Notes: generated by a model not told the origin, from the sequence alone. A stretch of DNA of 64,000 bases from Felis catus (GCF_018350175.1 NC_058368.1:43154001-43218000), one strand, 5' to 3'. Positions 13,114-26,900 are shown, numbered from the stretch's first letter. Program-made: numbers and translations.

Positions 13114-14559
13114 TATATCAATTATTTCTTCTGTTTATACACCTCACACTCAGCAGATATACCAATAATTCTACTAGAATTATTTTATTGAGTATAATTG
13201 CCTCATAAAAATTTTTCTAGGACTTGACCAAATAATCTACTACTAACCCAAAGAAATTCTAACCTCAATATTCTTCAATAAATGTTCTACGTACCCAGAT
13301 GAACTATCATCCTTCCACAAAAAATTATTTATACCTGATGATTATAAGACTGGAAAAAATCTTACCAATAACTCAATAAATAAAATTATATGCAACAGGA
13401 ATCATGGTGGCTTATTATTACTGTTTTGAAAAGTGACTCATAATAGAAAACTTTCATGAATACTACTAAAATATGATTATTTCCACCAATTTAAACCAAC
13501 TAATTAAGTAGTAAATATAAGATTATTACAATCAGTGGAAATTCTCTGTTGAATATTTAGCAGTAAAAAATATTAACTAAAATATTTGTTGATAAATAAT
13601 AACATTTATATTACCCTGTTAAAGTTTCTGATAAGACTCAGAATCAGATATGTTACCTAATTCTCAAATCTTATATGAAAAACAAAAAAAAAATGAGTTG
13701 ATTTTATTTAACATATATTTTATAAAGGAGCATTTTTCTGAACATAAAAGTTAATAGAGTTGTTAAATCATTTGTTAAATGGCAGCCCATAAAGAGTTGT
13801 ATTCACTTCAATGTGTCAGATCCCTTGAGATCACACACATACATATAGATATCCATACATGTACACATATATATACACATACACATATACACACATATGT
13901 ACACATATGCCTATACATTTATATAGAGATAAAATATAAAAGAGTATTTATATAGAAACATTAATTGATGTGGGAAGCAGAGTGTATAAGTATTTACTGA
14001 ATAATGAAAATCAAAAATTGACAACGGCATTTTTTGAGGGATGGAGGTAAAGAGTCCATGGCACTCCACCAAAGAATGGAAGGAAAACCTCATTGCAACT
14101 AATACGATTATTAATTAGAGAAAGCCAGGTCAGTGGGAAACTCTTCTCTTGCTCCTTTTTCCTTAGAAGCTAGATATATTTTTTTTTTTTTTTAGTATGA
14201 GCTAGAGCTCAGCCCTAGCTGGATATTGATCCTCTAGGGATCCTCTATTCAAAAAAGATAAGCTATTGTCAAGCGAAAAATTATTTACTTTTCAGTGAAG
14301 ACTTAGATATTCTATATCAAAATACCTAGGAGAGGTAAAAAAATAAAAACATAAGTGAAAAAGTCCTCACAATTACAACAGCAAAAACAGAAAATGATCC
14401 AAAAAGTCTATTTCATATTTATATAGGATAAAAATCACTACAAAGATAAATGGTTCTAAAAAATAAAAATTTATCTAACATTGTGATTTAAAAGTATATA
14501 AAACAAGTACTGTTAATTGATGTATGGATAATTGACATATATACAATTCTAGTGGAATG

Positions 14560-14746
14560 ATTTAATTTATTTCTGTTACAAATGGATGGAAGAACTTGAA
14601 AAATTAATTAGGATATGAAACACTGAATGACAAAAATAACAAGTTTGAGTTAATGGCCATGTAAAACATTATTACTAACATAGTGTACACATTTTACTTA
14701 CACATACAAGAAATATTTAGAAGTGTTGCTGGGTATTAGGCATTAA
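14560..14746 (+). mobile_element. Ancient L1 endonuclease-region fragment
   Basis: aaaaattaattaggatatgaaacactgaatgacaaaaataacaagtttgagttaatggcc resembles L1 EN-domain DNA. Confidence 0.55.
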
Positions 14747-14783
14747 TAAAGAGAAGACTGCACACAAGAAAGCTAACACTGGA

Positions 14784-15002
14784 GGGGCGCCTGGGTGGCG
14801 CAGTCGGTTAAGCGTCCGACCTCAGCCAGGTCACGATCTCGCGGTCCGTGAGTTCAAGCCCCGTGTCAGGCTCTGGGCTGATGGCTCGGAGCCTGGAGCC
14901 TGTTTCCGATTCTGTGTCTCCCTCTCTCTCTGCCCCTCCCCTGTTCATGTTCTGTCTCTCTCTGTCCCAAAAATAAATAAACGTTGAAAAAAAAAAAAGA
15001 AA
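14784..15002 (+). mobile_element. Young SINEC_Fc
   Basis: CpG-rich, near-consensus; perfect 18-bp TSD aagaaagctaacactgga at 14766-14783 and 15003-15020. Confidence 0.98.
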
Positions 15003-15029
15003 AAGAAAGCTAACACTGGAATCAGGAAG

Positions 15030-15160
15030 ACCAGGAATAAAAACAAGGCATGGCTTTGAAATAAGATCCTCTCAGTAGGGATCAGTATCCTCACATCTAT
15101 AATGAGAAGGAAGGAATGGGCAATCCCAGGGACCACTTCCAGGTCTAAAATTCTATAAAT
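15030..15160 (+). mobile_element. MIR3-like fragment
   Basis: cagtatcctcacatctataatgaga...ccacttccaggtctaaaattctat. Confidence 0.55.
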
Positions 15161-15459
15161 CTGTGGCATATGATTTGTCTTCAAAACATGGTCAGTGCTA
15201 TGCAAAGAAAGCAAGTTTTGGTGTAATGATCCTAATATCTACTTGACTGCAGCTGGAAGTTGATATCATCACTGCATTGGAGTCATAAAGCAACTGTAGT
15301 TGGCTCTTAAGGCTGTTCTGACATTGATTTACTTTCCCAGTCTGCACAAATGTGGAGATTTATGTTAAGGTAAAACACAACACAGATCAGCATGCCAGAA
15401 TCACAATTTGTTCAGCTATCCTGTAATGTTCTGAGATTATCTTAGGGGGGTGCTGGTGA

Positions 15460-15700
15460 GTGGGCAGTACCATTGTTAGTCTTGGACTCTTGACACCAGA
15501 ACAGTTTGCCTGTTGGCTGGCTCCCTGATTTATGCACTCTGTAAGCTGGAACTCAACACTTAACCTAAAGTGGCTCAGCTCCCTTATCTGCAGAAGGGGG
15601 TATGTGGTAACATTACCTCTTGGAGAATTTTGTGAAGACTGAACATTTAGAAAATCTTGTACTTAATGAGTTCTTTATAAGCAGTAGCTATGATTATGTT
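15460..15700 (+). mobile_element. MIR fragment
   Basis: acttaacctaaagtggctcagctcccttatctgcagaaggggg MIR core. Confidence 0.6.
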
Positions 15701-17211
15701 AGCTTTTATCTTCCCAAGGATCATTACCCTGGAAATGAAAAAGATATGTAGAATACTACTAGGATGAGAATTTAGCTTATATTTTTTTCTTTGAAGTAAT
15801 TAAAGAGCATGTTCACTTATAATTCAGATCTAATTTGTAATCTGTCTTAAATAGAAGATATACCCTAGGTAACCTAAGATCAGCATTAAGCCCAAAGTTG
15901 GTATCATTCACCTCTGTAGAAGTAGCTCTATTGAAAGAGACAGTGTACACATTTTATTTATACATACAAGAAATATTTAGAAGTGTTGATTGGGTATTAG
16001 GCATTAAGAAAAAAATCACAGTTTCAAAAATCTTGAAACATATATAAAAATCATTACTGTAGAAAGATACTCTGTTCAAACCTTCTACTGAAAAATGGAA
16101 ATTACATGATGAAATAAGTTTTAAATCTTTTACGAGCATTACAATACTAGCAAGATAGCAAAAAGTTATCAGGCCAAAAATATCAGTGATGATCAAAATC
16201 AGAGAAATTAGCAGATTACTGAAGCTAGTTTTGTCCCCAAATTAGTTGGCAAATGGAGAACTTGAACAATTGATTTTCAAGATCAGGGAGATACAAGGAT
16301 GAGAGAACAAATTTCAGAGTCCACCTAAATTGTGGAGTCTAATGAAGAAACTAATGATGACTTTCAGTGTGAGGGTGAACCCAAAATAAAACTGCACCAT
16401 CCTCCTTCAGGAAATGTTGCTTTAAAGTTAAGCATAAGTTTCTTTGATACTAATCAGAGCATAGAAAAATGGTGTTGAGAAGTTGTAAATATAGCATCTC
16501 TCCTGTAGACAGTAACCTCAAGTTCACCTTAGGCGGAGAAAAAATCATCAAGCCATTAATTTAGTTTAAAACAGTTTCTAAATTTAATGCCTTCTGAAGC
16601 CTGGCAACAAAAGTAAACAAAGATACTCCTTAGAGTTGCCCTTACCTCATGAGCCCTAAAATGCTCTAATACACAATTTTCCTGGAGAATGATTGACTCA
16701 GCATAGACACAAGCAGAATTACAAATATATATAAATATAAATATATATGTGTGTGTTCATTCACATATATATTCATTTACATATAAATAAATATAAGTGC
16801 ATATGTGTGTAACAGTAGGAACAGACATGAAAAGACTTCAACTATTGGAGTTATCAGTTACATATTAAAATATAGGAATCCACAAGACAGCAAAATGATA
16901 TTGTCATTGTACCAATAGAAATAATTGTAAATTAGAATTCTGTATGCAGAAAAAACATTTCCATGGAAACAGAAAATTTAGATATTTTCATACAAACAAA
17001 ATTTGAGAGATTTTACCACCAACAAACCCAAACTAAAAGAAATTTTAGCACATATATTTTAGGCAGTAAGACGGTGCTCATGGAGTGAGTCCCCAGTACG
17101 TAAGAAATGAAGAATAAGAATAGTATAAGTATATGCATAAATATAAATAGACATTAACCACATAAAATAATATTAATGATTACTTCTAAATTTAAAAGAA
17201 AAAAGATAAAG

Positions 17212-17408
17212 ATTTTTTTTTTAATTTTGGAGAGAGAGTGAGAGCATGAGCGGAGGAGAGGGGCAGAGGGAGAGAGAAAGAAAATCTTAAGCAGGTTTCA
17301 TGCTGAGCATGGAGCCCAATGCAGGGCTCATTCCCATGACCCTGGGATCATGACCTGAAGCAAAATCAAGAGTTGGACACTCAATGAACTGAGGGACCCA
17401 GGCACCAC
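17212..17408 (-). mobile_element. SINEC (older carnivore type)
   Basis: T tail, GA tract, reverse-complement head ggacactcaatgaactgagggacccaggcacc. Confidence 0.9.
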
Positions 17409-17489
17409 GTTGAGAAAGATTTTTTTTTGATGTAAGGGCTAAATAGATTTAAATGTTTTCTAATTTTGCATCATCCAGCTACACGTTAT

Positions 17490-18308
17490 TTTTTTTTTTA
17501 ATTCTAGTATACTCAACATACAATGTTATATCAGTTTCAGGTGTACAATACTATACTATTCAACAATTCTATACATTACTCAGTGCACATCACGATAAGT
17601 GTACTCTTAATCCCCTTTACCTAATTCACCCATCTTCCACTCACCACCCCTCTTGTAACTATCAGTTTGTTTGCTGTAGTTAAGAGTCTGTTTCTTAATT
17701 TGTCTCTTTTTTCTGTAGTTCATTTGTTTTGTGTTTCTTACATTCCACATATGAGTGAAATCATATGGTATTTGTGTTTCTCTGACTTATTTCACTCAGC
17801 ATTATACCCTCTAGATTCATCCATGTTGTTGCAAATGGCAAGATTTCATTCTTTTTTATGGCCAAGTAATATTCCATTATATATATATTCATCTACTGAT
17901 GGATGCTTGGGCTGTTACATATTTTGGCTATTGCAAATAATGCTTCAATAAACATAGGAGTGCATATATCTTTTCAAATTAATGTTTTTGTATTCTTTAG
18001 GGAAATATCCAGTAGTAGAATTACTGGATTATGGTAGTTCTATTTTTAGTTTTTTGAGGAACTTCCATACTGTTTTCCACAGCAGGTGGATTCCTACCAA
18101 CAGTGCACTAGGGTTCCTTTTTCTCTATATCCTTGTCAACATTTGTTTCTTGTGTTTTTGATTTTAGCCATTCTGACAGGTGTGAGGTGATATCTCATGG
18201 GGTTTTGATTTGCATTTCTCTGATGATTAGTGGTATTGAGCACCCTTTCATATGTTTGTTAACCATCTGTATGTCTTTTTTGTAGAAATGTCTGTTCATG
18301 TCTTCTGC
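17490..18308 (-). mobile_element. 5'-truncated carnivore L1 (3' end)
   Basis: Poly-T start, then gtttcaggtgtacaa, attccacatatgagtgaaatcatatggtatttg, ttagccattctgacaggtgtgaggtgatatctc. Confidence 0.92.
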
Positions 18309-19236
18309 AAGAGGGTACATTTTTTTTTGCAATAAATTAAATATAGATTATAGGATTTCTAGTAAAACTAGCAAAGTAATAGAAAAATATAAAAGATGTT
18401 AGAAACAGAAAATAGTAGAAACATCCTGTAAAATGTTGGACAAAAACTAAAATAACAATAAAAAAATTCTATCAATCCAAAAGATGGGAAGAAATAGAAA
18501 AATAATAGAAAACATGTAAAAATAAAAAGCACAAAGTTAGTTTGAGAATCCAAATATATTAGCAAACATGTTAAATATAAATGGATTAATTATACCACTT
18601 AAAAGATAACGCTTACAAGATTAGAAATAAGTGATATTCTCTTTCCATATGGTAAGAGTGAACAAAACTCAAAGGACTGACTATTAAGCACGTTGTCAAA
18701 GAGCATGTTGTCAAATCACAGGGAACTGAGATAAAAATCAGTGGCAAAGGATAACTTAAAGTCCCATAAGTTTAGAAACCTTAAAAGATAATTCTGAGTA
18801 AATAAAGATTGAATAATAAGTCATAAAAATATTAGCAATATTTCAAAATACACTATAAGCAAAATGATACATATAAGAACTATAATAGTCCTATATAAAA
18901 TAAATAAAAAAATAGAGGGAGATTTGTATACTTTAAAGGCTAATACTACTGAAGAAATAATGAAAATTACTAAGCTATCAATCTATCTCAAGGAGAAACT
19001 TTAAGAAAAGCAATGAAATAAATACTCACAAAAATGTAAAAGGGGAAAATAAAGAATGGTAATAATATAATTAGAACTCAAATATAAAGTAATATATAAA
19101 GTGATAATAATTAGAACTCAAAGTAATAATAAATTAGAGCTCAAATATAATAGAATCAAAAAGAGAATATGTACTTTGACAAAACTGGTAAAATTAATAC
19201 AGACATGAAGAGATTGATTTTTAAAAAAAAGCACAA

Positions 19237-19345
19237 GTGGGCCTTGTGGGTGGGTCAGTTAGTTAAGCTTCAGACTCTTGATTTCAGCTCAGGTCATGAT
19301 CTCACAATTCCTGAGCCTGAGCTCTGCTTTGGGCTCTGCTCGGGA

Positions 19346-19380
<35 letters not shown>

Positions 19381-19458
19381 TCTCACCGTCCCTAGCCCCC
19401 TCACATTCTCTCTCTCTCTCTCTCCCAAAATAAATCAATAAACTTAAAAAATTAAAAA
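19237..19458 (+). mobile_element. SINEC
   Basis: Degenerate head, (CT)n, A tail. Confidence 0.88.
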
Positions 19459-20089
19459 CATAGCTACCAATATCAGCAATAAAAAATGAATTATAGTTGC
19501 TATAAACATTAATATAGTCAGAATTATAAAAAATATGCAAATACATTCGAACCATTAAGGAAACAAATTTCTAGAAAATGATTTCTTGCTAAATTAAGTA
19601 CAAAGAAATAGCAGAAATAATATAAAATTATATTAAATTACATTAAATAATTAAAATATTCCAAGGAAGACCTCTGGATCAGGATGACTTTTCAATGAAT
19701 TATGAAAAACATTTAAACCAATAATTAAACATTATCAATAATATTATTAATAATATAAAATTACATAATAATAACCAATTATCACATTATTCCCAAAAAT
19801 AGAAAAAAAGAGAACTCTTCCAAATCACTTTACAATAAAAAAAAAAAATTCAAACCTAAGAAGGACAGTCGTAGTAAGATAATTAATGGGCCAATTTCAC
19901 AAAGGAAACAATGCAAATATCTTAAAATGTTAGCAAACAAAATCCAACTATATGAAAACTTGAGTTTATTCTTAATTTATAGAATTGAACTTACTATAAA
20001 TTAATCTTTGGTTGTTTATAAATTTCACTTAAAAGCAATTAAAGCAATCAACTACATTAAGAAATTAAAAGAAAAAAACCCAGAAAGTT

Positions 20090-20335
20090 ATTGCCAGTGA
20101 AATTCCCCAGGAAGTCAGCCCTGAGATGGAGTTGTGCTGCAATGCATGCCTAATGGCAGCCTTAATCAACTCCTTTAGAATTGTCTGGGGTTATACACCT
20201 TTGCCAATCCATCATTTGATATGGGTTGCCCTAAGAGGAATATGCTGTTAGGGAAGTAGCTCTCTGAAGTTGAGGTATCCATAAAGGAACTGATAGCTGA
20301 AGATTGTCTGCTGACAGCCTTCCCAAACTTGGTTT
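20090..20335 (-). mobile_element. ERVL LTR (LTR16-like)
   Basis: ttccccaggaagtcagccctgagatggag and agctgaagattgtctgctgacagc match the recalled LTR16-family reverse strand. Confidence 0.6.
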
Positions 20336-20339
20336 TCCC

Positions 20340-23100
20340 ATCAAAGATACACATAAACTCCACGTGGAATCTTTTCCTATCATTTATATCTCTAATGCCA
20401 GTGTCTGCTGGAAGTTAGGGCTCAAGCATGAAAGCTGCTTTCACTGTTTCCTGTGCCTGATGAAGAGTCCTTTTAGCAGATTTTCATATCACCTAATATA
20501 CAGTATGAGCAGTATTTCCAGGTGTGTAATATGCTGCCTCCAGAACATGAAGAGGCCTATGAGGCATTGTGCTCCTTCTTCATGTTACAAGTGTAAGATT
20601 GCTAATTTTTCCTTTGGAGGATGTTTCAAAACATGCTTCTGCTGACCACTGGTCTCCTAAACATTTTGTTGATTTGGTAGGAAAATCTGTATAGGGTTTA
20701 TCTCCCACCCTCAGAGGCTTGTCATAAGATCTCTAACTTGGTACTCCATTCTTCCTCAGCTGGTCTGATTAGCAGGAAGTCAACAATAGAGAGGGCCCAT
20801 GTGATATTCTGAGGGATGATCAGGCAGTACTGATCTTTTGGACTCATCAATACAAAGGGTGAAAGAGTCATTAGAAAACCCCTGGTGTTAACATACAATA
20901 TATACTGTTGCCCATTCCAGGTGAACAACTGCTGCTATCTTTTTTTCAGATAAGGAGAGAAAAACAAACAAAACATATTCAGCAAATGAAAGGACACATC
21001 CCAGGTATCCATGGCTATGTTAATCTTTTCTAGCAAAAGCATCACATCTCTCGTGGTGTCTGCAATTGGGGATATTACGCGGTTATCCTTGTGATAATCT
21101 ACTGTCATTCTTCAATATCTGGCTGCATAATTAAATGAAAATATGACCCAAACTATAATCCCTGCCTACTTTATACTCAAAAGTGGCAATATATTCTATA
21201 ATCTCCTGAGGAAAAATACTGGTTTTTGTTTTGTTTCTAATTCACTCTCTTCACCAAGGACCCTGTACAAACTACCAATTATGTCTATTCTAGTTATAAA
21301 TTCATGTCCAGGAAAATGCCCACTGGGTGAATTACAGAAGTAATTGTGACAATGAAAGTCAAATCTTGGACACAATTCCATTTATTACATGGAATAAATG
21401 TGCCCAATCTAATAAAGATGGTATTATGATTCTCCATATCTTTAGTTATTCAAGGAATTTGAGTTCTAAAATCATTTGAGCATTTCCCCTTTTGCAGCAC
21501 ATAGTTATCTGAGGATTACACTTGCTATGGTATTGCAGGATCCTTCCTCCTGAGATTCAAACTCTTAAATCACAGAATCTGAGTCCAAAAAGAGTTTCAG
21601 TCCCAATAACTGGCAGAGATGCTGACTTTTGTTTGGGTGATATCCTTAGCCACCAGGTCAGTCACTTTTTCTTTTACTGAATGTTAAAAATATGAGTAGG
21701 ATCCATGTAGGGTACCCAATTATTTTTCTCTGGGGTGTCATGCTCTACAACCACAGATGCTATTTCTAATACTTTCCTTAGGTTAGGTTCCATTTGTTGC
21801 CCTCTTGACCTTGCCATACATCACAATAATTGCATCCACTTGACTTGTCAATACTTAAGTACCATTGGTTCAGAGTCCTATCTATCATCCTGATTGCTCT
21901 CAGTTAAGCCTACTTCTGTAATGGCCTCTCACATGGTCAGGAGTGACCTACAAGGAGACACGTCATCAAACTTTGGTGATGCTGTTGCCCTTCTCACAAG
22001 CATATTCCCAATTGACATGCTAAATCGTATACTAACTGTATCTTCAACATAATTATCACAAGTTTTAGGCACTCACATAAAGTAGCCACTCTGGTTAGCC
22101 CAATTTCTTTTTATTTTAGTTCTTCATTCACTGTATGAAATGTCAATTCTGACATTTCAATGTCACTTAGAGTAGGCTACCACTTTTTTCATGTTTCTAT
22201 AAAGTTATCCTAGTAGCAAACCTGTACATTGTTCTGGGCTTGTTTTCTAAATTGTTAAATCCTATATTACAGGTCAGTGCTCCTAAATCAATAAATTCTC
22301 TCTGGATGAAAGAACTTCAAAATTCAGTCCCTCACATACTCTCCTCGTTGCTAGTGGTACATACTAGTTAAGTTTTGCAGATCATTTAAGTTTCAGTCCT
22401 TTTTTCTCTCTTCTCTGATAAGGTCTAGCATATCTTCAGCAAGGAGTGCTATAAATTAATGCTAGTTGTAGGCCTAATGGGAAGTTGGAAAGATCCTGAT
22501 TAGGAAAGGGGTTATGCACCCTTGCAGTACTATGCAATATCTTAGGCAAGAAAAGTATGCTAGTGAGTAATGTGGAAGAATGACCATTTCTGTGAGACCA
22601 GTAGGTTCAGAAGGATTGGGATATCCAAGATTATCTAAGGAATCAAGCTAGATATCCCTATCTCATGTTAATGTCCCATTATTTCCCAACCAAGGGCCTG
22701 ACCTTCACGTAGCAGATCAGCTTTGTTTGGAAATCTAACTTTCTTTGGAGTTAAGCTATTCTAACAATTAAATCCTATGCATGAGCCCCATTTTTTTTCT
22801 GCTTTCCCACTGCAGGACACGAGAAAAGCTTTAAATGCTTCTATAAAACTAGCATTTGGAGGTTAAAACCACGATTTAACTGTCCTATTCTCTAAATCAC
22901 TAGTAACAAAAATAAGAATAACAACTGCCACTTACCATATATCAGATAAGTACTTGGAATGTGGTAAAAGTTAATTTTCACCAAAAAATGAGACTATTCT
23001 GTGGCTTACTTAGTAGGCAAATTTCTAGAGAATAACTGATTGTTCAGCTTATACCTACTGCACATCTCTGGATTAATCAACTATGTCCAAAGGTTTCATG
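20340..23100 (-). pseudogene. Decayed ERVL (class III ERV) gag-pol internal region
   Basis: Minus-strand translation gives AQCLIGLFMFWRQHITHLEILL (~20500-20575) and FTWNGQQY...IPQNIT...LLIRPAEEE (ORF 20722-20928), both resembling ERVL RT; gag-like segment near 22320-22400; many stops and frameshifts. Confidence 0.85.
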
Positions 23101-23339
23101 AGAATATGACTGCTCCCTGTTGTTATCACATAATCAGACTTAGAGTATCAAATGAAAGGGAAAAGGAGTCCTCAAGGAAGGGATTGATAATAGATAGACA
23201 CAGTTTTAGATATCCAAGTACTAATAAAATAAGATGCAAAAGGTAACAACAGCATTGCAAAAAAATTACACATTTTAACTACAGACAGTAAATATTTATT
23301 AATTTGAATCTATTGATTAATACTGTAACTATTGAAATA

Positions 23340-23556
23340 AAAAAAAAAAGACTGGGCATAGAAGAGAAACAGATGGTTACCAGAGGCAAAGTGGGTGGTG
23401 GTAGGGGTATGAAACAGGTGAAGGGGATTAAGAGTACACTTATGTTGATGAACAAGGAGTAATACATGGAATTGTTGAATCACTATATTGTACACCTGAA
23501 ATTAATATAACACTATATTTTAACTACACTGGAATAAATATAAAAATAAAAAAAAG
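23340..23556 (+). mobile_element. Short carnivore L1 3' UTR with A tail
   Basis: gatggttaccagagg...gaattgttgaatcactatattgtacacctgaaattaat followed by A tail. Confidence 0.88.
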
Positions 23557-23934
23557 GAGAGAGAAAAAAGAAATCAATTTAGACACAACAGGGCTAAATT
23601 ATATTATAAAAGGAAATATATATTCTAAGAGTGTTTAAATTTTTAATACTAAGAACTATCATTTTTAATGCAGTCATTTATGTGACATAAGTGGTATGCA
23701 TTCTTTAAAGTATATTATCTAAAAGATTCTAGTTGGTAGCTATTCTTTTCAGTAGGGGAGCATTATTAATTATATATTTGCATTAATGAGTCTACAAACA
23801 AACTCACATTAACATACAGTTTTTCACATCTAACTTAGTCATCAATTCAAAATTAAGAATATTTGAGAGGTTTTCTTTTTACATATATTTACAACATATA
23901 TTTACTTACATATATATATTTACATATATATACT

Positions 23935-23973
<39 letters not shown>
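23935..23973. repeat. (TA)n microsatellite
   Basis: Direct reading. Confidence 0.95.
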
Positions 23974-23976
<3 letters not shown>

Positions 23977-26900
23977 CTTATAAACCAAAGCATTGGAACA
24001 CATGGAATACTAAAGAATTCTACGTTAATTTCGGATGATATTTCTATTTCACTATTGATTAGAATATGTGAACCTGTTAACATTTTACCTTCTCCTATTA
24101 TTCCCATTCATGTTTATCATGTGTAATACGGTTCTATTACACTGAAACTGGGCTAGCAAATGCAGATGATTATTGGATGTAAGTTGTAAACTAAAAAGTG
24201 AACACACTGCTTTTTTTACTCTTCTATCTAGAGTTCCTTTAAGATTTTGATAGCAATATCATTTTAATTTAAAAAAATGAAAACGTGACTAGCATACAGC
24301 CAATATAATTAGAAATTACTACTGAGTTATTTTTTTGAGCTATGAATAGGAATAACAGACACACTAAATAGTGATGTATAATTCTGAATACTATCAATTC
24401 ACTAACTTGATCTATGATAGCATAAACTATCTCTATGTGTGGTTTATAGAGATATATACAAGAACATCCATGTATACAAACACACACACAAGAATATTTT
24501 GTGTAATGAGATTTTCTACTGTTATACATATTATAATTTCCTCAATCTGCATCAACAACTATCTTGAAAAGATTGAAATTTAATTCATTTATTATAGATC
24601 ATGATAGAATGCAAAAAAGTTAAGTCTATTTAATATCCCTCATAAATATGGCTCATTTTTTGTAACTTACTGTTTCTTCTTAATTCCATGACAGGTAACT
24701 CAATGAAGTCATACAGAAAATAAAACAGTTACTGTATATCATGCACGAAATTCTGGATGATAATGAGTGTAGAGTATACAAACAAGCGAACAAAATTCAG
24801 TTTTGCTTCTGATTTGTGGATAAAATTCAAAAACACAATTTCGAAAGCTAACAGAATTGGCAAATATATCAAAATGTTGAAGACATTTGATCATATCACC
24901 TAGAGCCCAATTTTTCTAAGCATCCAGCATTGACCCCAAAGTGCTAAGGTGAGTTAGATAGAAATACCTGATGTCAGTCAAGGGGAATAGCTTGATTGCT
25001 CAGCCATCCTTTACAATCTCCCACTGAAACAGGTAGAGGTGAAATGGTGTGTATAGCAAAGTCATGAAGATTGATGGCACCCTGCTGCTTCCAAATGTAC
25101 CCTATCTGCATGCAAACCACTTGACACATGAACTGATGGAAAACAAAGAGTGTTTGCCCAGGAAAAGTGCTTCAGCAAGCTTAATTTCCATAGCCATTTG
25201 CACAGCAAAAGCGAGATCTAATAGGTCCCAGAGAAATCAGAAAAGCCACGATAAGAATTCAAAGCCACAAACTAAATAAAAAGAGATTATTAGCTACATT
25301 GCAGTAGGCAAACAGTAAAGTCTTAAGTGATCAATACTTGACGAGAGACATGCCACAAACTTCATGTATAGGTCAGGCTCACACACCGTTTTTTAAATAA
25401 ATCGACTGACTCCTGGACAAGGCACATAAAATGTCACTTTTTATCTTTCAGTTGATATTTTCCTCCAAGAGGAAAAAACCTATCTATTCACCTCCCTGAG
25501 AGATTTGATCGAAAAGATAGTCACTCCTGATATAAGGTTTAAAGGGGAAAACTGCAACCAAGTGGAAATTTTTGTCAGTACCTTAATCTCTGATTTGTAG
25601 AAGGTTTTGCTTTGGGATATTTGGTGTGTCTGAGGATTGCCACCAAAGAGCCCTTCTGTTCTTTAATGGCTGCACTAAATCTTAACAAACGTGAGCATGA
25701 AAACTATTGTGCTGCACTTGTGAGGCATATATCAAAGTTATATTTTTTAAAGCTTGGGAAGGCAGTTGAATCATGCATGCTCTTTATGGAGCTCTGATCA
25801 GGCTGATAAAGGCAGTTCAGCTTCAATAAATGCTTTTTAAGTGAATGTTTTGGAAACTGAATAGGAAATTCAAAGCTCAAACTGTTGCCAAACTGCTCCC
25901 ACAGCACTTTGATCACTTTGTTTCTGACATTTTGTTGAAAATGTCTTGTTTTTATTAAAATGTTGGCATCTAGAGACCAAGAAAGTTAACTGTAGTCACT
26001 GAAAATATAATATACAGTAAATCATGGAATGACATGACTTATTAAGTACTTTGTACACATTCCTTAAAAAGAAAACTATTTCCCTGTGGGGTCACACACA
26101 GCATTGCACTTGTCTGAGAAAAAGTTCATATTGTTAAAAGAAAGACAAGTACAGAAGATAAATCAAATACTAGCACTTTGCTTCAGGCAAAAACTAAAAG
26201 AAGTTATACAGCTTTACTATCCAAAAGAATAGGAATACTATAAGACAAAAATTAATAAAATTAAAGAGATATGCTGAATCGAGAAGCATACATTTGTATG
26301 CTGCCTTTAAATTACCATCACAGAACATAACGTATCTTTAACTCCCAGGGCAGAGAAGATAGAATATTATGGCCCTCTCAAATTTACATGCCAGAGGACT
26401 GCTTCTATAATTAGTGATGCTGATTTCTCTGATCACAGCATCACAGTTTAAAATGTATGGCATCTGCAATTTAGGTGTTGAGTTTATCTGAAGAGTAGGA
26501 TTTTTGTGAAAACCAAAAATAGTGAGCTGAAAGTTACTCAGAGATACACACATCAGTTTGAAATCAATAGTATAATTTCTTTATACATTCAGGTATATGT
26601 AAAAGGTATAGAATAAACCTTTATGTTTCTATCGCCAGCAAAATAATAACTTGAAGAAGAATAAGCACTATATGGCTTTCTTTCTTATTCTAGGTAGAAA
26701 TATAATCTTTCTAACATTTACCTAGATAACATTAGCTGCAATTTTTAACCTTTTTCAAAATTTTCATCCCATTAACTTTTTAACCAATGATATCCCCCTG
26801 AGCCACTGCATTAATTTGTGATAATTTTCATAGTTGTTTTATGCTCTGTAGTATCAGAGAACATGAAGTAAAATGATAGCCTGAAGAGTTGGGGACTTAA

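Larger units (their letters stand above)
16050..20085 (+). mobile_element. Ancient L1 (5' region, ORF1 end and ORF2 pieces), heavily interrupted
   Basis: ORF1 C-terminal motif near 16930-17070 (attagaattctgtatgcag...aaaatttgagagattttaccacc); ORF2 motifs at 18400-20080. Confidence 0.6.

Noticed and set aside
24671..24900. Minus-strand exon candidate with donor aca|gtaagt and about 50 open codons
   Set aside because: The acceptor lacks a pyrimidine tract, the frame stops before the donor, and the peptide is unrecognisable.
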